Positions 51,757 through 63,955 of a DNA stretch of 64,000 nucleotides are shown in pieces. The translations under genes were made by a program, and so were the position numbers. Under the pieces are notes generated by a model that worked only from the letters and a program-made list of their open reading frames with translations, had not been told where the DNA came from and did not search any database. How positions within the stretch are numbered: the stretch's first letter is position 1; each line of letters starts with the position of its first letter. Origin of the DNA: Eledone cirrhosa (lineage: Eukaryota); NCBI GenBank assembly GCA_964016885.1, contig OZ024762.1, positions 6,138,001 through 6,202,000 of the forward strand. The letters run 5' to 3'.

Positions 51757-52066
51757 TATACGTGCTGACTAGTGTACTCTGGATGTGTGAGAAGGCAGAT
51801 CTTCTACAGTACAGCATGTATAAATCTGTGTGTGTGTGTATTTATATACATATACATATTCATACACACACACACATATACACACACTCACAAACACACA
51901 CATGCACATGCACACACATATATATATATGAGCAAAGGGATATTTAATTTGTTGGTAATTCAACAAATATATATGTTTATAACAGATTCAAAGCACTCAA
52001 CAGTTTTCTGGAGTATAATATCAATGATATTAAATAAATAGAAACTATATTTATAAAACCATATTT

Positions 52067-52128
52067 ATTCTATTATATATATTTTTCAAGAGTACCAAAA
52101 CTTTGGTACACCCTCATCAGATAAAATA
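52067..52128 (-). ncRNA. Hammerhead motif (family A), left arm of a foldback
   Basis: CUGAUGA-GGGUGUACCAAA/UUUGGUACUCUU-GAAA with an 8-bp stem I; two extra As weaken stem III. Confidence 0.55.
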
Positions 52129-52213
52129 CAAAGTCTGTTTTATAAATATTGACATATCCAGGAATTAGACCTTAACGGTTCAAGTTTTACTTGGATAGTC
52201 AAAACAAACTTTG

Positions 52214-52274
52214 TATTTTATCTGATGAGAGCGTACCAAAGTTTTGGTACCCTTGAAATATATATAATAGAATA
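52214..52274 (+). ncRNA. Minimal type-I hammerhead ribozyme motif (family A), right arm of a foldback
   Basis: UAUUUUAU-CUGAUGA-long stem II-GAAA-UAUAUA-UA-AUAGAAUA; 8-bp stem I; predicted cut after 52266. Confidence 0.72.
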
Positions 52275-52951
52275 AATATGGTTTTATAAATATAGTTTCC
52301 ATTTATTAATATCATTGATATATATATATATATATATATTTGTTTCTACTATTGGCACAAGGCCAGCAATTACCCAGTACATTACTGGTACTTTATTTTA
52401 TCGACCCCGTAAGGATGAAAGGCAAAGTTAACCTCGGCGGGATTTGAACTCAGAATGGCAAGGGCCGTAACTCTATGTGTCAAAGCATGGCGTCCGGCCC
52501 TCTACCAATACTGCCAATTCATATATATATATATGTCCCACTCTTGCAAGCAGGGAAAAGCGGACGTAAAATGATGATGATGATGATGATGATATATATA
52601 CCGCAATGAAAAGAAATGGATAACTTCTTTTGTTGTTGCATATGCGACAATAAAAGAAATTATTGGAATCTGGCCTTCATGTTTCTCATTGAGATATTTA
52701 ACTGTTCTTGTACTACCCGTCAATAATGGAAGATACACATCATGTTGAGTGTTTTTTTCTTATTGCACCACAGATTGGGATGACTGAATCACAACCGCAG
52801 TTATCTATTAGTGAAACCATACAATATAAAAAATACACACACTCACACACACACATAAAACATATATAGATATAGATATGTAATATATGTAATATATATG
52901 CATATATATACATATACTTACATATATCCATATGTAGTTGACAGTTTGTGA

Positions 52952-52985
<34 letters not shown>

Positions 52986-53044
52986 CGAAGGAGGTGTGGT
53001 AAGGAACCAGATGGACCATAACGCACCAGAGTACTCAATACTTA

Positions 53045-53560
53045 GGGTAGTAGAGTGGGTAATAGGAAAAATGTTTAACCCTGATGGCAGAACTCTCTAG
53101 GTGACCAAATTAGCAGCGGTGGAGGGGTTCTGAAAATACAGTAACCAGGGTAAGAACGGGATGGAAGAAGTTCAGGGAGCTATTGCCACTACTAGCTGCA
53201 AAAGGCTTTTCCCTCAAAATGAAAGGCAGACTGTATGATGCCTGCATACGAACAGCAATGTTACATGGTAGTGAGACCTGGGTGTGTGTGAACAAGACTT
53301 GCGTAGATTAGAAATAAACGAAGCGTGCAAGCTCCGATGGATGTGTAATAGTAATATACACGAACAGCAAAGCATAAATGAATTGAGAGAGAGACTGAGC
53401 ATAAGAGGAATCAAATGCTGTGTGCAGGAGAGGAGATTGTGTTGGTATGGACATGTGATGCGTATGAAGGATGACAGTTGCATAAAAAGACTCTGAGCAC
53501 TAAAAGTCAATAGAAGCCTTGGAGTGGGGGAGACCCAGGAAGATTTGGGATGAGGTGATA
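53045..53560 (+). mobile_element. RTE LINE 3' ORF fragment
   Basis: RVRTGWKKFRELLPLL..KGRLYDACIRTAMLHGSETW..RRLCWYGHVMRM; related pieces at 35450-35635, 41060-41345, 51490-51700 and 57745-57900. Confidence 0.8.
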
Positions 53561-55062
53561 AAAACTGATCTTGTTCAATTGTACCTCTCAAAGACACAGG
53601 ACCGAGATCTCTGCCGTTACACAGTAATACAGAAGACCCGACTTCCCACGGGTACAAGCCAAAGCTGAAGCATATAGACTATATACCCCTACGCCCTCCC
53701 ACTTTGGTCGTGTAGGTGTTATGACAAAAAAGCACCCAGCCCACACTGTAAAGTGGCCGTGTAGGCACCACGGAAAAAAAGCACCCAGCACTCACTGTAA
53801 ATGAGGTTGGTGTTAGGAAGTGCATCCAGCTGTAGAAACTGAGCCAAAATCAGTTCTGTATGAGCAAGACATGGTCACTTGGCCTGGCATTGCCCACAAC
53901 AGGACAACCTGTCTAACCCATGCTAGCATGGAAACATTGATGTAAAACGATGATGATGATATATATATGTGTATATATGTGTGTGTATATGTATATATAT
54001 ATATATATTTATGTGTGTGTGTGTGTGTGTATATTAACCCCCATACCCATTTTCTATTCTCTATCTTCCCTCCTCTCCTCTTCTATCCCCTCTCTCCCTA
54101 CACCACCTCTTCATATTCCCCTGCGCCCTCTGCCCACCTCCAGTAAACACACTCCTCTCAGCTACACTAATGTTGACTCATCTTGACAAAGGAAACAGTC
54201 ACACTCACCTGAAATCAATATAAAACAGGCTGTGTTGTTAGTCAGGAGGTGGTATTAATGGTTTCATTTGTTGGTCACTAGGACCCAAGATATTAACCCT
54301 TTAATGTTCAAACCGGCCAAAACCGGCCAGAATTCTCTACCTTTTTCTGTTGAAACTGGCTATAACTGGCCACTCATACTGATGTTAAGGTATTGTTCTC
54401 AAAATAAATACTTTCAAAATCTCATAGATTCGCTATTATGTGAGATAATTATGTGAAATAAAGCCTTTACCATGAAAATATAATAGTATATATAGAGTAA
54501 TGTGAATGCTAAAGGGTTAAGAGGTAATCCAACAATGCTATACAAGCACAGAGTGGGTTTCATCTAGTTAGAGGGAAGGGGACTAAAAAAAAACTAGGTA
54601 TAACTTTAACAATTATTGTAATAAGTAACAATATAATAAATAACAATAACAACAATAATAATTCTGTCTACATTTGGCACAAGGTCAGTAATTTAAAGGG
54701 AAATTAATTAAATCAACACCAGTGCATTACCCTGCAACGATGAAAGGAACGTTAGCTTCTGAGGGATTTAAGCTCAGAATGTTAAGGGCTTTGACGATAT
54801 GCTGCAAAACATGTTGTCCAATGCTCAAGCCATACTGCCAAAAATAATGGTTTCTTAATTAAGCATAAAGCTAACATTTTTTGTGGGTGGGTGAGGGGTC
54901 GATTAAATTGACCCCAGTGTATTACTGGTACTTTATTTTATCGACCCTGTAAGGATGAAAGGCAAAGTTAACCCTGGCAGGATTGCAACTCAGACCAGTA
55001 TAAAGAAGACTACCATTCCCTCCTGCCACCACCATTTCAATTACTGCCTATATTGTAGCAGG

Positions 55063-55345
55063 GCCACCACTACCACAACCACCACCAACACCACCATCAT
55101 CACCACCATCAGCACAACTACCGGCACCACCACCACCACCACCAACACCACCATCATCACAACTACCAGCACCAGCACCACCACAACCACCACCAACACC
55201 ACCATCATCACCACCACCAGCACAACTACCAGCACCACCACTACCACAACCACCACCAACACCACCATCATCACCACCACCAGCACAACTACCAGCACCA
55301 CCAATACCACCAATACCACCATCACCACCACTACTACTACTATCA
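55063..55345. repeat. (ACC)n-type compound microsatellite
   Basis: Seen directly in the sequence. Confidence 0.9.
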
Positions 55346-55386
55346 ACCCATCAGTCACATTATAATTCAAAGAGGCAGCTTTATTG

Positions 55387-56340
55387 CACACTGTGTCATG
55401 CTGAATCTCCCTGAGAATTACATTAACGATAGACGTGTTTTTGGAATGCTCAGCCACTTACACTATAATACAACATATACCATACCTGGAATTCAAAAGT
55501 CTAGCTTTGTCACACACTGTGTCATGCCGAATCTCCCTGAGAATTACGTTAAAGGTACACGTGTCTGTGCAATGCTCAGCCACTTACACTATAATACAAC
55601 ATATACCATACCCGGAATTCAAAAGTCTAGCTTTGTCACACACTGTGTCATGCCGAATCTCCCTGAGAATTACATTAACGGTACACATGTTTTTGGAATG
55701 CTCAGCCACTTACACTATAATGCAACATATACCATACCTGGAATTCAAAAGTCTAGCTTTGTCACACACTGTGTCATGCCGAATCTCCCTGAGAATTACA
55801 TTAACGGTACACATGTTTTTGGAATGCTCAGCCACTTACACTATAATACAACATATACCATACCTGGAATTCAAAAGTCTAGCTTTGTCACACACTGTGT
55901 CATGCCGAATCTCCCTGAGAATTACATTAACGGTACACATGTTTTTGGAATGCTCAGCCACTTACACTATAATACAACATATACCATACCTGGAATTCAA
56001 AAGTCTAGCTTTGTCACACACTGTGTCATGCCGAATCTCCCTGAGAATTACATTAACGGTACACATGTTTTTGGAATGCTCAGCCACTTACACTATAATA
56101 CAACATATACCATACCTGGAATTCAAAAGTCTAGCTTTGTCACACACTGTGTCATGCCGAATCTCCCTGAGAATTACATTAACGGTACACATGTTTTTGG
56201 AATGCTCAGCCACTTACACTATAATACAACATATACCATACCCGGAATTCAAAAGTCTAGCTTTGTCACACACTGTGTCATGCCGAATCTCCCTTATGTT
56301 AAAGGTACACGTGTCTGTGGAATGTTCAGCCACTTACATA
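55387..56340. repeat. 126-bp satellite, ~7.6 near-identical units
   Basis: ATGCCG recurs at 55524, 55650 and so on (period 126); a diverged single copy of part of the unit lies at ~31660-31740. Confidence 0.95.
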
Positions 56341-56776
56341 TTAATCTAATGAGCAGCCTGTTCCATTGTTTCCGACAATAATCGTGGAAAACCAACGGAG
56401 GATCACTCTACTATTTAAATGTCATCTGAAAGCTTGTCTAAGTAGGTGTTGTACTGAAAAACTTGCTGAAGGGCAAAGAAAATGCGGTTGAGTTCACTTC
56501 TCAATGTAAGGACACTTACAGTTGTAAAGAAATATCTAGAAAAGATGAAGACGTACACCACATTATCTGAGTTTAATGTCAGGGCCATTAGAAGGATGGT
56601 GTAATGGTGGTGGTGGTTGTAGTGGTGCTGGTGGTGGTGTTGGTGTTGGTGGTGTTATTGGTGGTGATGCTGGTAATGGTGGTAGTGGTGTTGGTGGTAG
56701 TGATTAAGTAACTATGAAATCAGTCAAGATCAACAGCAGCCAGCAGCAGACATGCAAATCTCTCTCTCCCTCTCTC

Positions 56777-56818
<42 letters not shown>

Positions 56819-56819
56819 C

Positions 56820-56851
<32 letters not shown>

Positions 56852-57907
56852 GTATATATTTATATATAAATATATATGTATGTAAAAGGTAAACAGAAAT
56901 AACAACACAATCGGTACAGTATATGGAAGGGATATATTAGGTTAACGCTTGATATAGCAGGAAGAGGGTCTTAATGTTTAGGACGCTAGCCCTTCATCAG
57001 AAGAAAGAATGAGAAATAAGATAAATTGAGGGGACGGGCAGGATGGAATAGGAAAAAATTTCTTTAGATAAAAATAACAGGTCCATTCATGTTGACATCT
57101 CTAAGCACCCAGCCCACACTGTAAAGTGGATGTGTCGGCACCATGGAAAAAAAGCACCCACCACTCACTGTAAATTAGGTTAGTGTTAGCAAGGGCATCC
57201 AGCTGTAGAAATTAAGCCAGAATCAGTTCCCGTATGAGCAAGACAAGGTCAACCGACTGGACACTGCCAACAACAGGACAACCCGTCGAACCCATGCTAG
57301 CGTGGAAGAACGGACGTAAAACGGTGATGATGATGATGGTATATATCTATATATGTAGATATATAGATATATATATAGATAGATAGATATAGATATATAT
57401 ATAAAGATATATCATCATCATCATCATCATTTTCGTTTAACGTCCATCTTCCACGCTAGCATGGGTTAGATGGGAGTTGTCCCAATTTGAGGCAAGGTTG
57501 GTTGGGTGACCGTGTCTCGCTCATATAGGACTATCTAGCAGGTTTTATACGGCTGGATGCCCTTCCTAACACCAACCACATTTACAGTGTGGACTGGGAA
57601 CTTTTTACCGTTGATGGGAGTGAGAGGACGGAGTAGGGGTAGTGGGTTGGCGTGTATATTTGGTTAAGTGGTGCCTACTGACTGTAGGTTTCACTTTGTA
57701 CGTGCAAGTGTGTAAGGTCGGAATTTATCAAATCGTCCCTGGTTTTTCTGGGTCTGCCTACTCCGTAACTTCCATCAATTTTGATCACCCTGCACTTTTT
57801 TATAGAACTGTCGTCTTTCATGCACATCACGTGACCATACCAACGTAGTCTTCTCTCAAGTAAACTGCATCTGATCCCTCTTATACCTAATTTCTCATTA
57901 TGCTTTG

Positions 57908-57964
57908 GTGTATATATATATATATATATTTATATATTTATATATCTACATATATATCTATATA

Positions 57965-58018
<54 letters not shown>

Positions 58019-58070
58019 TATATCTATATGATGATGATGATGATGATATATATATATACATGTATACATG

Positions 58071-58134
<64 letters not shown>

Positions 58135-58282
58135 TATGTAGTATATATATATATATATATATACGTATATATATACATACACATATATATATATACGTAT
58201 ACATATACATACACACACACACATATATATATATACATATGCATACACACACGTATACATATATACATACACACACATACAT
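57908..58282. repeat. (TA)n/(CA)n compound microsatellite
   Basis: Seen directly in the sequence. Confidence 0.95.
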
Positions 58283-58361
58283 TTTCTGCGTGAAAAACAA
58301 GAAAAACAAGATGGTGTAGGACAGAACAAAGGAGAGGACAAAACAAAGAAAAGAATCCCCA

Positions 58362-58404
58362 GTCACTGAAGAGGTCACATAGTGTGTGACGAAAGAACTT
58401 TGAC
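58362..58404 (+). ncRNA. Hammerhead-like motif (family C, second copy)
   Basis: GUCA-CUGAAGA-G-GUCACA/UGUGAC-GAAA-GAAC-UU-UGAC, with a perfect 6-bp stem II. Confidence 0.55.
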
Positions 58405-59179
58405 AATATATGAACAACCGTCCGGTTGTGGAACCAACCAACCAACCAACCGGAAATTTATAAATTTTTAAATTTATAATTTAAATTATAATAAATTGGA
58501 GTGAAAGCAACTGGTGCGTGTGTTTCTTATTGGCAACATGACCCTCCCAAAGTATAACAATATCATCATCATCATCATCATCGTTTAACGTCCATCTTCC
58601 ACGCTTGCATGGGTTTGGGCGGGAGTTTTCCCACTTGAGGCAAGAGTGGTTGTCTTGCTCGCATAGGACTGTCTGGCGGGTTTTCTACGGCTGGATACCC
58701 TTCCTAACACCAACCACGTTTACAGTGTGGAGCTGGGAGGTTTTTACCGTGTTACCTACACAACCACATTACAGCGTGGACTGTGTGTTTTTTTGTCGTG
58801 ACAGACACCTACACGACCCCATTTGTTTCGGACTGACTGGATGTTGTGGTACCAACATAACTTTACATTGAAAGGGGTGGTGTGGATGGGGTGGGGGTAG
58901 TGGGACGGGGGTGTATTTTTGTTAGAGGTGCCTACTGATATATAGATATATATATATATGTATGTATATATACACACACACATGTAAGTGATGTGCCAGC
59001 CTGTAGATCTGATCAGACAGGTTATTGCTACAGTAGCTACTGCTGCTGTTGTCTCTGCTGTCGATAGTACTATAGTACAGTACCAGTGTTACTGTGTGAG
59101 ACTAACAAGATCAATGAAATAGTCCAACAGTTTTGTGTTTAGTGTTGTCAAGGATCAATACCAGTGCTGTTTGAATGCT

Positions 59180-59235
59180 GTTATTGCTGCTGATGATGAT
59201 GGTTGTGGTGGTGATGTTGTTGGTAGTGAAGGTGG

Positions 59236-59267
<32 letters not shown>

Positions 59268-60240
59268 ATGACAGTGGTTGTGATTGTGATGGTGGTGGTG
59301 GCGGTGGTGGAGGTGATGATGATAGTTGTGGTGGTGATGTTGGTGGTGATAGTAGCGGTGGTGGTGGTGGTGGTGATAGTAGTAGTAGTGGTGGTGGTGG
59401 TGGTGGAGGTGATGATGATGGTTGTGGTGGTGATGTTGGTGGTGATAGTAGCGGTGGTGGTGGTGGTGATAGTAGTAGTGGTGGTGGTGGTGGTGGTGGT
59501 GATGATGGTGGTGGTGGTGGTGGTGGTGGAGATGGTGGTGGTTGTGGTGGTGATGATGATGATAATGATGATGATGGTGGTGGTGATGACTGGGGTTGTG
59601 ATTGTGATGGTGGTGGTGGTGGAGATGATTATGATGGTTGTGGTGGTGGTGATGTTGTTGGTAGTGATGGTGATGATGGTGGTGCTAGTGATAGTGGGGA
59701 TGATGATGATGGTTGTGGTGGTGATGTTGGTGGTGATAGTAGTAGTAGTGGTGGTGGTGGTGATAGTAGTAGTGGTGGTGGTGATAGTAGTAGTAGTGGT
59801 GGTGGTAGTGATAGTGATAGTGGGGATGATGATATGATGGTTGTGGTGGTGGTGTTGGTGGTGATAGTAGTGGTGGTGGTGGTGGTGGTGGTGATAGTAG
59901 TAGTGGTGGTGGTGATAGTAGTAGTAGTGGTGGTGGTAGTGATAGTGATAGTGGGGATGATGATATGATGGTTGTGGTGGTGGTGTTGGTGGTGATAGTA
60001 GTGGTGGTGGTGGTGGTGGTGGTGATAGTAGTAGTAGTGGTGGTGGTGGTGGTGGTGGTGATGATGTTGACGATGATGGTGGTGGGTGCTAGTGATAGTG
60101 GTGATGTTGATGACGGTGATAGTGGGTGCTAGTGATAGTAGTGGTGGTGATGTTGATGATGATGATGGTGATAGTGGTGGTTGTGTTGATTGTGATGATG
60201 ATGATGATGGTGGCAATGATAGTGGTTTTGATAGTGACGA
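59180..60240. repeat. (GGT/GAT/AGT)n compound microsatellite with internal block duplications
   Basis: Triplet low complexity; source of the Gly/Asp, Val/Met and His ORFs. Confidence 0.9.
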
Positions 60241-60381
60241 CAATATGACCGACATCTTTCCTCTCACTTCCACCCTTCACTCTATTTGCAGCAACATGTA
60301 ATATTGCTATGTTACAATTGATCAGATTTTTTTTTTCATTTGTGGTTTTTTTATTACACACATACACACACACACACACCC

Positions 60382-60434
<53 letters not shown>

Positions 60435-61425
60435 GAGAAGAAAGAAGAATACTGCGTGGTTTGCCCATGGGTTACATATGATAAAAATAGTCCTTCGTCA
60501 GTGATTTTCCAACCATCATTGGTATTTCATCGCATTAAAAATCAGATACCTCAGGTTGGTGCGAGCAATAACTAAAAAAAGTTATTGGGACCAGAATTCG
60601 TGTAAGGCGAGGGGGGACAAGTAAACAACATAGAAGGATAAAAGCAAACCGAAGATAGGAAAATAAACAAGCAACATGGTTGTCCGGTCAGCATAAGCTG
60701 GGTGGATTTCATGAGCGAGAGAGGTACAGACCGTGTTGATGTGTGTGAGATGTGAGCAAGAAGAGACCCACACAAGCCAAATACATACACACACACACAT
60801 GCATATATATATATATATACACACACACACATATCTATATATATATTTATTTATTTATACACACACACAGACACATATATATATATTTGTATATATATAT
60901 ATATATATATACATATAAATATATATATATATATATATAATATTGTGTGTATGTGTGTGTGTATAGATAAATAAATATATATATATATATAATGTGTGTG
61001 TATATATATATATATCGAGGCCGAAACAAATGAGATCGTGTAGGTGTCACGACAAAAAAACACACAGTCCACGCTGTAATGTGGCCGTGTAGGCAACACG
61101 GTAAAAACCTCCCAGACCCACACTGTAAATGTGGTTGGTGTTAGGAAGGGCATCCAACTGTAGAAAACCTGCCAGACAGTCCTATGCGAGCAAGACAATC
61201 ACTCTTGCCTCAAGTGGGACTACCCCCGTCCAAACCCATGCAAGCGTGGAACACGGACGTTAAACGTTGATGATGATGATGATGATGATATATGCATGTG
61301 TGTGTGTATATATATATTTATTTATTTATACACACACACACAGACACACATATATATATTTGTATATCATCATCATCATCATCATCATCAACGTTTAACG
61401 TCCGTGTTCCATGCTTGCATGGGTT

Positions 61426-61481
<56 letters not shown>

Positions 61482-61741
61482 ATATTGTGTGTATGTGTGT
61501 GTATATAAATGTGGTTGGTGTTAGGAAGGGCATCCAGCTGTAGAAAACCTGCCAGACACGCTTCCGTGCGAGCGAGACTTGGTCTCCCGACCATTCCCGC
61601 ATCAAATAGAACAAAACCGTCTAACCCATGCTAGCTTGGAAGATGGACGTTAAATGATGATGTTGATGATGATATATATGTATATATATGTATATATATT
61701 AAAATATAAGTATTAATAAAATAGATGTTCTTTTGATCAAT

Positions 61742-61800
61742 TACATTTTATTATACATATTTCGGATGTACAACAGTACGTCCTCATCAGACAAAATATA
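61742..61800 (-). ncRNA. Minimal type-I hammerhead ribozyme motif (family A)
   Basis: UAUAUUUUGU-CUGAUGA-GGAcGUAC/GUACaUCC-GAAA-UAUGUA-UA-AUAAAAUGUA; 10-bp stem I and canonical G10.1-C11.1. Confidence 0.78.
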
Positions 61801-62511
61801 ATGATACATGACATACCCTGAGATGTTAAATGGTTAAGATTTAACCATTTAAATAATGTTAAATAATGAAAGAATAAGACAAGGTGTGGTAGTTAGCTAA
61901 TCCAATGCTATTGGATTAATTAATCCATTAGATTAATTATAACACAATGGATTAACTAACCACTTCACTTTGTCATATTCTAGATGCAAATCCCATGGTC
62001 ATTGATGTCCGAAAGGAGTCTTTACAACTACTTCACCTTAGGCGGTGAATTGGCAGAGTCGTTAGAACATCAGATAGAATGCTTTGCAGTATTCGCTTCG
62101 GTTCTCTACTCCCTGACTTCAAATCCCACTGAAGTCAACTTTGCCTTTCATCCATTTGAGGTTGATAAAAAAATGTACCAGTCTAATACTGGGGCCAATT
62201 CTTCCACTGTGTCTCTTCCTCACTTCCATTCTCTCACTTTTTATCCTTCTCTGGAAAATATCTGCTGTATTCAGACGTGGAGAGGAGATGGTTTCTGCCA
62301 GGTTTTAAAAAATACCCTAGAAATGCTGTATGTCAATATGGAACTCCTGCAGGAGATATGGGTCCATACATACATACACTTCACCTTGTCATATTATTTC
62401 ATTGTTTAACATTATGTATATACTTGATTCTGTAGTTAACAATACAATGACATATATATACCCATGCAAGCGTGGAACACGGACGTTAAACGTTGATGAT
62501 GATGATGATGA

Positions 62512-62554
<43 letters not shown>

Positions 62555-63727
62555 GGAATATAATCTTTCCACTAAATCAGATTTTATTTTGCTTTGATGA
62601 GTTATTCACATCAAGTTCTAAAATGGTTATAAACTGTACCTTTATTAGGTAAAACACTAATGTATGTGTATATGTATGTATGTATGTGTGTACAGTTAGT
62701 TTATGTCTCATAACTTAGTAACTTAATGGTTCAACAAATAGAGATTGATAAAATATGTACCAGGCATGAAATAAAATAAAATAAATACTGGAGTTGATAT
62801 AATTGACTAAATCCTTTTGATGTGGTGCCCCAGCATGGCCACAGTCTAATGACTGAAATCAATAGAAAAATAAAGTTGGGTTTCCTATTCAATATTTCAT
62901 TTTATTGAGATAAATATCAGAACTAAAATTATAGTTTTTCATTTTTCTATCTATTGGAATCCTTAAACATCATAATTATCTAATAATCTCAGACCTGATT
63001 TCATTAATCCCAATCTAACTTAGACATTGTGTTTATATTATATGTCTCGACATACCACTGATAATATGGATTAAATTAATCTCTTGTTAAGCATCTTAAC
63101 ATCTCTCCCTAGCCCCTCTCTCTCAAACCTCTCGAGATTTCATTTTCATTCCTAACTTACCTTCAGATCAGTTCAAGCCCCTAACTTTGGTTTAACCTTT
63201 TTTTGATACCAAACTGCTTGAAACCGTCCCTGGTTTTATGATCTTATTCTTCCTCTTCTTTGCTCACTTATTCCTTTGAGGTTTGTGGAGGCAGAGTCCT
63301 CAAGCACATATCCCAGTATGTCCTGTCAGAAGCAATCGTCACCAATTGTTATGTTATGTTCCTAACACCCCTGGTTTGATGATACTAAGCTGTTTATTTT
63401 AAAGTGCTTATATTTCTCTAAAACCCTATCATTATGATATGTAAGAACCTTTGTTAAATTATGTTCCAAACACCAACTTAATAATTTTTTCTACTTTTGG
63501 CACAAGACCAGCATTTTGATAGGAAGGTAAAATCGATTAAATCATCCCCATAAAGATGAAAGGCAAAGGTAACCTCAGCGGGATTTGAACTCAGAATGTA
63601 AAGGCTTGTAACTATATGCCGCAAAGCATGTTATCCAATACTCTACTGATACTGCCAATTCACCACCAAATAGTAACTTGATAATGAAATATTTTACTAA
63701 ATCTTCCAAATTATTATTTTCAAAATC

Positions 63728-63955
63728 ATAGGCAGTGTCTTTCATCAGAAATATGGTAATGAAAGGGTTAAACATAGACAGTGTCTCTCTTTAGAAATAT
63801 GGTAATGAAAGGGTTAAACATAGACAGTGTCTCTCTTTAGAAATATGGTAATGAAAGGGTTAAACATAGACAGTGTCTCTCTTTAGAAATATGGTAATGA
63901 AAGGGTTAAACATTGGCTGTGTTTTCACCAAAAATATGGTAATGAAGAGGTTAAA
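63728..63955. repeat. 46-bp tandem repeat of a MITE terminus
   Basis: AGAAATATGGTAATGAAAGGGTTAAACAT starts at 63747, 63793, 63839 and 63885. Confidence 0.9.

Noticed and set aside
59135-60301. Gly/Asp/Cys-rich ORF resembling a biomineral or beak structural protein
   Set aside because: Triplet microsatellite with no codon diversity, no signal peptide and no ATG start; similar tracts occur in introns elsewhere in the window.
60450-60512. CUGACGA core on the minus strand; GAAACAGUC at about 28069-28077
   Set aside because: The matching half of the hammerhead and the stems could not be recovered.
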